A stretch of 41,860 nt of DNA from a virus (lineage: Duplodnaviria; Caudoviricetes): the IMG/VR virus record IMGVR_UViG_3300037458_000317, positions 1-41,860 of that record, one strand, 5' to 3'. Shown in pieces: positions 35,736 to 41,860 of this stretch. Every line of letters begins with the position of its first letter. Positions within the stretch are counted from its first letter, which is position 1. Both the position numbers and the translations under genes were made by a program. A model generated the notes under the pieces. It did not search any database and had not been told where the DNA came from. It saw only the letters and a list, made by a program, of their open reading frames with translations.

Positions 35736-37151
35736 TTAAATGGTATCAGTCTCAATATCGGCGTCAATGACATCGTCAGTACGACTTGGATCTAGCTTAA
35801 TGCGGCCAGTTCGCAGCATGTATCGCATATCCTTGACAGCAATGGCCCCGCTATCCTTGATCGTGACAATTGCTCCAGCCTCTTGAGCTGATAGAGTAGT
35901 GTCGTAGTAGTCACGATTCATCGTGTAACTGACTAATTCCGAATCAATAGCCTTGTACTCAGCGCAAGCCTTTAGTGCTGCATTGACAACTGAATCCCAC
36001 AGAGACACAACCATGTCGAGCGCGGACGTCTGCGAGCTGGCATTAATGCGCGCCTCTTCTGCCGTCTTCTCTCCGCCCTCAGTCATGAGTTTTGCGCCCA
36101 TTGATTCCATTTGCTTTTGCAGGTCGTCAAGGGCTTTATTTAAGCTGCTTGATTCAGGCGCGCTAGTGGTTTCAAAACCGCCGCTCTCGCCTAGGAAGTG
36201 ACCTTTCGTTGCTCCGACTTTGATGCCGTCAGGGTTTGCGGTCTGGAACTGCTCCCAACTCATTGACGTGCGAATACCTAGCGTTTGCTGTCCGTGAGTG
36301 TGTAAATTCTCCCGGTAATCTGCCGATACCTGGTAATGAGCCAGGTTGACAACAGCAATATCCATCAGCGGAATTTGATCTAAATCAGCAACAAAAAATG
36401 GAATGTAATTAAATGGAATCCCAACGCCCCTGGCCGTGCTGGATGGCTTTTTAGGGATGTACTCTTGCGTTAAAGCCTTGCCAGCTTCATCATAAAGCGC
36501 CTGGGTGTAGACGTAATCTCCGAACGCACCGCCGAAAATCTCACTTGCTTCACCTGGTGACCGCAACCGCAAGACTCGATAGGTTTTTTTCAACTCATGG
36601 CTAAACTCATCGATCGGCACTTTCGCGTATTCAACTAGCTTGACCATCGTTAGCATTTCACGCCCGAAAATAAGCTCATGCGACCAGTTGTCTAATGCCT
36701 CCGCTGTGTATTCAGCCGCATAAGGCATTAAGTTTAATCGCGCTTCTTGCTCTGCTGTCATGCCATCTTCAACCGATGGATAGTCAACCAGGATACAATG
36801 CCGCCCAGCCTGTAAAAGATTACTAACGCCGGATTTATTCACGCGCTCGATGCCATTGCCTGCGCCGTCAAAGTTATCAACAAGTGGCAATAGCGCATCA
36901 GGAAGCTCATACGATGCTGGCTTACGGAATCCAGCGCCTACCATATCTCGCAGCGTCTTGTTAGTAACGCCAAAGAAGTACGCCCGCTTCAAATACGCTT
37001 CATAACGCTCCGGTTCTTCTTTAGCAAAAGCAGCAGGCAGGTAGATCTCGCCTTTATCCTTCACCGTCATTTCATCTGAGCACATATCACGCACAAATCG
37101 AACGCGCCGGATCTTCTGCTCGTACTCTGGATGAACGCTTGTAATTGGCAT
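35736..37151 (-). CDS. Portal protein (DUF4055-like)
   Basis: YLPA, YEAYLKRAYF, ILVDYP, NLAHYQVSADY, KTAEEA; follows TerL. Confidence 0.92.
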   Translation of the reverse strand: MPITSVHPEYEQKIRRVRFVRDMCSDEMTVKDKGEIYLPAAFAKEEPERYEAYLKRAYFFGVTNKTLRDMVGAGFRKPASYELPDALLPLVDNFDGAGNGIERVNKSGVSNLLQAGRHCILVDYPSVEDGMTAEQEARLNLMPYAAEYTAEALDNWSHELIFGREMLTMVKLVEYAKVPIDEFSHELKKTYRVLRLRSPGEASEIFGGAFGDYVYTQALYDEAGKALTQEYIPKKPSSTARGVGIPFNYIPFFVADLDQIPLMDIAVVNLAHYQVSADYRENLHTHGQQTLGIRTSMSWEQFQTANPDGIKVGATKGHFLGESGGFETTSAPESSSLNKALDDLQKQMESMGAKLMTEGGEKTAEEARINASSQTSALDMVVSLWDSVVNAALKACAEYKAIDSELVSYTMNRDYYDTTLSAQEAGAIVTIKDSGAIAVKDMRYMLRTGRIKLDPSRTDDVIDADIETDTI

Positions 37152-37162
37152 GATTTATTTCC

Positions 37163-38396
37163 TTACCATGAGAATTTTATTTTGACGTCTGATATTGGTT
37201 TGCGAATTGGGAATTCAGAATGAACCAAATACCCTAATGCATCCGTAATGTGGTCTAAGCCTGAATCCTTATCTGGTGCGCCCGTCTTCTCTTTGTAAAC
37301 AAGGCCATCGAGTGATTTTATCATATCCTTGCATTTCTTAGACACAAACAACCTGCGCTGACCATTTGCATTCTGTAGCATGGCCTGAACCTCGTTTATA
37401 CGGTCAGCAACAGGGGGATGCGCGCGCGGAGCGATCACGTTAAACCCGTTTTGCTCAAGGATAGCAAAATCAGTAACCCCGCCTGCTGCGCTCGTCTTTC
37501 TCGCCCTACCCGATGGATCTGGATAAACCCTAATTTTGTGCTTCGGATATCTTCTTTTTATCTCTGCGCTCAGCTCTGTTGTGTTTGAGTTTGGCAGTAT
37601 GATTTCATCCAGCAAAAACAACTGATCGGCAGATTTAACCCCAACAATAGCCGACATTGGGTTAACGTTAAAGTCGATCCCAATATACAAATCAGGGAAA
37701 TCATTGATGTCTAGGTCTGACTCGGCAACGTTTTGCATCCTGTCAAAGTTACTGTAGACGCGATTCGACAACGTTTCAAAGCTGGCTAAATACTCCTGAT
37801 TGAACGTCTTGATCGGCAGCTCGCGCTTTGCGGCCTCAATCTCTTCATCCGTAACGTTTCCGCCGTCTGCTGTTGTGAACTGAAACGCCTCCCAGTTTGG
37901 ATCTTCTCCGCTTAGAGCGTAATCGTATCTTTCCTTAAACCAGTTCCACCCTGACGGCGATGATATAAAAAGAACTGGCGCCTGTTGATCAGATGTGGAT
38001 GGCCTGACAACCTCTGTCCAAACCTCTTGCGCCATGAATGCCGCCTCATCAATCACGGCTCCAGCTAGACTAACACCGCGCAAACTGTCCCTGTTCTCTG
38101 CTCCTTTTAACTGGATAATGGAACCATTATCAAACTCGACAAACAACTCAGATTCGTTTTTATTTGAAAAATGATCGCCACCTAGCTCTTTTAATTTTCG
38201 CCATGCGATCGATTTTGCCATCACATAAGATGGGGCTATGTAGTAATAAATGCCTTTCTTAGTGCATGCCTGAGCCAATAACCACGCCAATGCTACATAT
38301 GTCTTTCCGAAATCGGCGGCCTGTTACGGCAATACGGAATCGAGCTCCGCTCCTCCATATCTTTGATTGAGCTTTTGTTAGTTTTATCTCACTCAC
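37163..38396 (-). CDS. terL: Terminase large subunit (~410 aa) needing a +1 frame correction at 38312-38308
   Basis: GTG at 38396 with GGAGA RBS gives ...AVTGRRF; +1 frame continues GKTYVALAW; VIDEAA, ISSPSG, GIDFNVNP, DHITDALGY. Confidence 0.9.
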
Positions 38397-39228
38397 TTGA
38401 ATATCTCCATTTATGGCCGCAACATCTGGTTCCTTTTGTCGCGGCAGCCTGTACTGCTCCACTTGTGACCCCGTGCGCTTGTCCGGCTATTACACATGAC
38501 TCATAACTAGTAATAACGGACATATCATCCGATAGTTTTTCAACTCTCTTTTTTGCTCCGTTGTTCTTTCTTGATGACAGATCTTTTGGTTTCTTGCCGA
38601 TCAAATAATCTTCTCTATACATCCACTGAAACCCATTGTGAGATTTTCTTTTTCCGTTGCATGAGAGTGATATTTTTGAGTCTTGAGATCCAGTTTTCCT
38701 GCATGCCTCGTTTACAGATATAAACTCATTCAAATAAACACCACTCATAGAGAACTGAACAACAGGCCTATGATCTCCGCAAGCTCCTTTTGCCCACCCT
38801 GTGTTTTCATGTTCTCTATTTCTTCCTGCCTCCCATGCGTGCTCCATGTTTTCAGCAAAAGTGACCAGTCTAATGTTATCTTTCGTGTAGCCAATATAAT
38901 CATTGAGTCGGTCAATGCTCGGTGACATCATCACATCATAACCAGACGCCACATAACCATCATAAATGTCGTCAAAATCAGGATGATTCATTATGTAGTC
39001 ACGCAACCACTCGCGATCATAATCAGGCTGAGACATCCCCCTCTGTTTAGATCTGTGGTTGAGCTTGTGCCACAACCTTGTTATCACGCCTTCTTTGCTT
39101 CGATTCCATTTTATGGTCATCTTGTAAGCGCAAGATTTGCAGTAACGCCTTAACCCATCATCATTCCTTGCGTCCCTTGGGAATTCCGACTTGCTTTTTT
39201 CGCTTCCGCACTTTGGGCATACCTTCAT
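38389..39228 (-). mobile_element. Free-standing homing endonuclease gene (zinc finger, HNH-like core, NUMOD1-like repeats)
   Basis: CPKC/CKSC, PSIDRLND..GYTKDNIRLVT..EN, VVQFSMSG..LNEF.SV.EA..GFQW; between terS and terL. Confidence 0.85.
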
Positions 39229-39257
39229 ATGATCATCCGGTTGTGAGTAACAGAATA

Positions 39258-39286
39258 ATTATACTAGTATTATGTGGACGGGTCTA
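39258..39286 (-). promoter_or_regulatory. Promoter for the endonuclease gene
   Basis: TAGACC-17-TATAAT. Confidence 0.6.
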
Positions 39287-39578
39287 CGATTATCACTAAA
39301 GGATCTTTATTTGTTTCAACCTGACCGCTATGCTCGATTGCTTTGCGCTTAGGTGCAACGTACTGCGCTAATTCTTTGTATGAGTCTTTAGCTAACACCA
39401 GATCGCCGGAATCGTGCGCCTCTTTTGCAATCATAGCCAACCCCTCAATAGGGTGTTTGCAACCAGTTGCAAGAATCATGTCCAGCAGCTCTTGCTTGTC
39501 CTTGTTTGGAGTTCCTTTTGGTCTACCGCCTGATTTTGGATAACCTTTAGGTCTGCCCATCTTTTTCGGTTCTGTCAT
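39270..39578 (-). CDS. terS: Terminase small subunit
   Basis: SGGRPKGTPNK, ELAQYVAPKRKAIE; upstream of TerL. Confidence 0.85.
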   Translation of the reverse strand: MTEPKKMGRPKGYPKSGGRPKGTPNKDKQELLDMILATGCKHPIEGLAMIAKEAHDSGDLVLAKDSYKELAQYVAPKRKAIEHSGQVETNKDPLVIIVDPST

Positions 39579-39637
39579 AATTTCTGTCTTCTAATTCTTT
39601 GGAAAGTCAACATAATTCTATCACGCCAGATAAAAAT

Positions 39638-39660
39638 AAACCCGCATTAAGCGGGTTTTT
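39638..39660. terminator. Intrinsic terminator after phoH
   Basis: AAACCCGC-ATTAA-GCGGGTTT. Confidence 0.8.
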
Positions 39661-39674
39661 GTGTTTCAAAACGG

Positions 39675-40451
39675 CTATTGATAGTTATCCGCTGCTTCGA
39701 GTTGTGAGAAATATTTCTCTGATGCGATGATGAACTCCCGCACAATGTCAGATCTCACGATGTCATCTTGATCGTACCGCACAATTGCAACGCTCGGCAT
39801 GATGTCGAAAATATCCATGATATCGTACCAACACGTGACGTCTTTACGGCTAGTCAGCATGTCCTGCTTATCGTCGCCACACATGATCATCTTGGAGTTT
39901 TCGCCCATGCGAGTGACCAGCATTGATATCTCACCAAGATTCATGTTCTGGATCTCGTCAGCCACAATCCGGCAATTATCGAAAGTATGACCCTGCAAAA
40001 AGCTGCTGCACGTTGCCACCAATTTGCCTGACTTTGTTAGCAGCTCAAACGCATCGCCACTCCCGAACATATCATTGACTAACGACTGTGCCACCGCTAC
40101 AAACGGTGCAAACTTTTCAGCAATTTGACCCGGTAGAAAACCTGTCTCTCTCGCTGAAACCACGTTGCGCAAAAACATCACTCGCTCACAGTCGCCCGCC
40201 ACCAGGTCGCGTAATGCCAACTGCAATCCCCATGCTGTTTTCCCTGTACCTGCGCTTCCCGCCTGCACGATGATGGATTGCGGTTTCTCGTCGTAAAGCT
40301 CTTTTGTGAGCGCCTGTTTTTCTGTGAGCGGTTGCCACTGTGTGAAGGATTGATAAAGCGATTTATCTTGGTGAGGCTTTGTTGCGAGTCTGACCACCTT
40401 GTCATCGTTGCGTGATTGCTTTGCCTTTCTGTTTGCGTGTCGTTCGTTCAT
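39675..40451 (-). CDS. phoH: PhoH-family ATPase
   Basis: GSAGTGKT, GFLPG, DEIQNM, TRMGENSK, GDDKQ, IVRSDIV. Confidence 0.92.
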   Translation of the reverse strand: MNERHANRKAKQSRNDDKVVRLATKPHQDKSLYQSFTQWQPLTEKQALTKELYDEKPQSIIVQAGSAGTGKTAWGLQLALRDLVAGDCERVMFLRNVVSARETGFLPGQIAEKFAPFVAVAQSLVNDMFGSGDAFELLTKSGKLVATCSSFLQGHTFDNCRIVADEIQNMNLGEISMLVTRMGENSKMIMCGDDKQDMLTSRKDVTCWYDIMDIFDIMPSVAIVRYDQDDIVRSDIVREFIIASEKYFSQLEAADNYQ

Positions 40452-40516
40452 CGTGCACCCCGTGCATGGGAAATGAAGAGGAACCAAGCGCCTCACGGCG
40501 AGTTGATAAGCTTACA

Positions 40517-41071
40517 TTACGACTTGTTACGTTCAAACTCAATCAACATATCAATGCAATGCTTCGCCTTTTCTAAGTCTTCGATGCCGTTCTTGTCGCG
40601 GAATCGAGTTACATACTTGATGATCGTATGCTGCAATGGGTCGAGCTTGTTTTCCATGCTGTATCGCATCGGCTGGATAGCGAGTTTCGTGTAGTGGTAC
40701 CCGCCCACTTGCGTGTCTGTTGCTTTGGTGTCTTGCTGAATCGGTTTAGTTTCTTCTGTGTGCGATTCTTGGTATGTTGGTAGTGTGGTTGTATTGGATA
40801 CTGCGTTGTTGCGCTCATTCCATCGTTTTACAAACTCGTCGCGGGTGACGATTGTTTTATGTTGACAGCGACTTATCTCGCTTGTTGTGAGGATGTTTAC
40901 AAACCCGCTCGCATCTTCATCGATAACATATTTCTCATATCGAGGCAGATCTGTAAAAGCATACACCTCACCCGTGTCCACTTGTGCAGCAAAAAGCAAA
41001 TTTTCAGGCCAATCATCTGGCGTGATGTTGTCTAACAAAATATCGATCAGTTCGCGTTTTTTCTTGGTCAT
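40517..41071 (-). CDS. DUF3310 (SaV / T7 gp1.7-like) domain protein
   Basis: QVGGYHY...IQP...IIKYVTR..KNGIEDLEKA. Confidence 0.88.
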   Translation of the reverse strand: MTKKKRELIDILLDNITPDDWPENLLFAAQVDTGEVYAFTDLPRYEKYVIDEDASGFVNILTTSEISRCQHKTIVTRDEFVKRWNERNNAVSNTTTLPTYQESHTEETKPIQQDTKATDTQVGGYHYTKLAIQPMRYSMENKLDPLQHTIIKYVTRFRDKNGIEDLEKAKHCIDMLIEFERNKS

Positions 41072-41313
41072 TTTGCTTGCTCCAATTTTTCCAATAGTGC
41101 ATCAGCTTGCGATATTGCGTGTCCTGCTAACTGCTCGTATGTGTATCTGTCATTTGCGTTTGACAAAATACCCTGCATTGCAGCCATTGCGAAAATTTCT
41201 CGCTTAGTTAATCCACTTGTCAGTGGCGTGTTTGCAAATGCAACATCTTACACATGGAACGGATGACCATTACAATTCACCAGTGGTTTTGCTGGCATAT
41301 CTGCATTTTTCAT
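41068..41313 (-). pseudogene. Conserved small phage protein with in-frame TAA at codon 22
   Basis: MKNADMPAKP...HV*DVAF...GLTKREIFAMAAMQGILS...ADALLEKLEQAK; AAGGAG RBS; ATGA coupling at the end. Confidence 0.75.
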
Positions 41314-41386
41314 TTTGTTTGCTCCTTGTCATGTTTAATTTTGTCTACTTCGCTTTTGAACCATTGTTTGAATGAATCGTTCATTT

Positions 41387-41712
41387 TTATTTTCTCGATA
41401 AGCTAAATCCGAACGTCCACAGCTCCAACCCTGCGAGATCTGGCATCGATGGATCGACAATCATGATCTTTTTAAGCTGACTATCCGGCCAATTCATCGT
41501 TTTAATGACCTTCACCGGTTTTGCGGTGAAGTGACATTTCTTTTCATTCATGATCACCAGTGTTCCGGCGTCTTTGTCTCCTGACTTAAAAGCATTCTCC
41601 ACTCGCTGTGCTGCAAAGATATCATCACAGTAAAGCTGTTTTTCTTCAGTGTTTCTGCGCTCGCCTGTACCGCCATTGCTGATAAACATACCGCTAAAAT
41701 TAATTTGTTCAT
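41387..41712 (-). pseudogene. Putative exported protein split by a frameshift near 41640
   Basis: Signal peptide MNKLILAVCLSAMAVQASA in one frame; body QLYCDDIFAAQRV... in the -1 frame. Confidence 0.6.
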
Positions 41713-41860
41713 TTTCCCACTCCTTCAATCGAACACTCAAAAACCACCCGTTCCAATTCCTTCATCCGCTCAAGCACCTTTCGTGCTTGCTGGCGTTTCT
41801 TTAAAGCCACCTTCGCGGCTTTGTCGCGCTTTACGGCTTTACTACCTATGAGTTGCATGT
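41663..41860. repeat. Terminal direct repeat, copy 2
   Basis: Matches 1-198. Confidence 0.97.

Noticed and set aside
38397-39269. Group I intron or intein in the terminase
   Set aside because: The endonuclease fills the gap between terS and terL, leaving no room for a ribozyme core; terL has its own RBS and start; no intein motifs
1351-40818. Numerous antisense or nested ORFs in the track (e.g. 2337-2918, 21268-21906, 27078-27539)
   Set aside because: Shadows of well-supported genes, with no motifs or RBS
9038-41250. TAA stop-codon reassignment to explain the two internal TAAs
   Set aside because: Many core genes end in TAA at their expected C-termini, and no suppressor tRNA was seen
41387-41740. 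117-aa ORF as called, starting at TTG 41740
   Set aside because: No RBS and it overlaps the upstream gene; the coupled ATG 41712 with a signal peptide is the better start

Overview
Apparently complete ~41.66 kb circularly permuted genome of a lytic siphovirus; bases 1-198 repeat at 41663-41860 with one mismatch. The host is probably a gammaproteobacterium (inferred from sigma70 promoters, CRP-like sites and tailspike type). No integrase, CI repressor, DNA polymerase, reverse transcriptase, tRNA or CRISPR array was recognised. Modules: replication/recombination (Prim-Pol primase-helicase, AT-rich putative origin, Sak4-like ATPase, Gp157, SSB, degenerate Cas4-like protein, SF2 helicase, VRR-NUC); a split lysis module; a long minus-strand virion module (TerS, HNH, TerL, portal, MuF, scaffold, capsid, accessory block, adaptors, tail tube, chaperones with -1 frameshift, tape measure, tailspike, hub); PhoH; and small early genes. 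Top leads: (1) a ~88-nt promoter-to-terminator small RNA made of three anti-Shine-Dalgarno modules complementary to the RBSs of many of the phage's own non-structural genes; (2) a +1 frame break (UUU_CGG) inside the TerL Walker A, directly behind a free-standing homing endonuclease; (3) an orphan DGR-type lectin variable region in a head-module protein, with no RT or template repeat; (4) CRP class II-like promoters and a stand-alone paralog of the primase C-terminal domain next to the origin. Three other ORF lesions mean sequence errors cannot be excluded. All family assignments come from motif recognition, not database searches.
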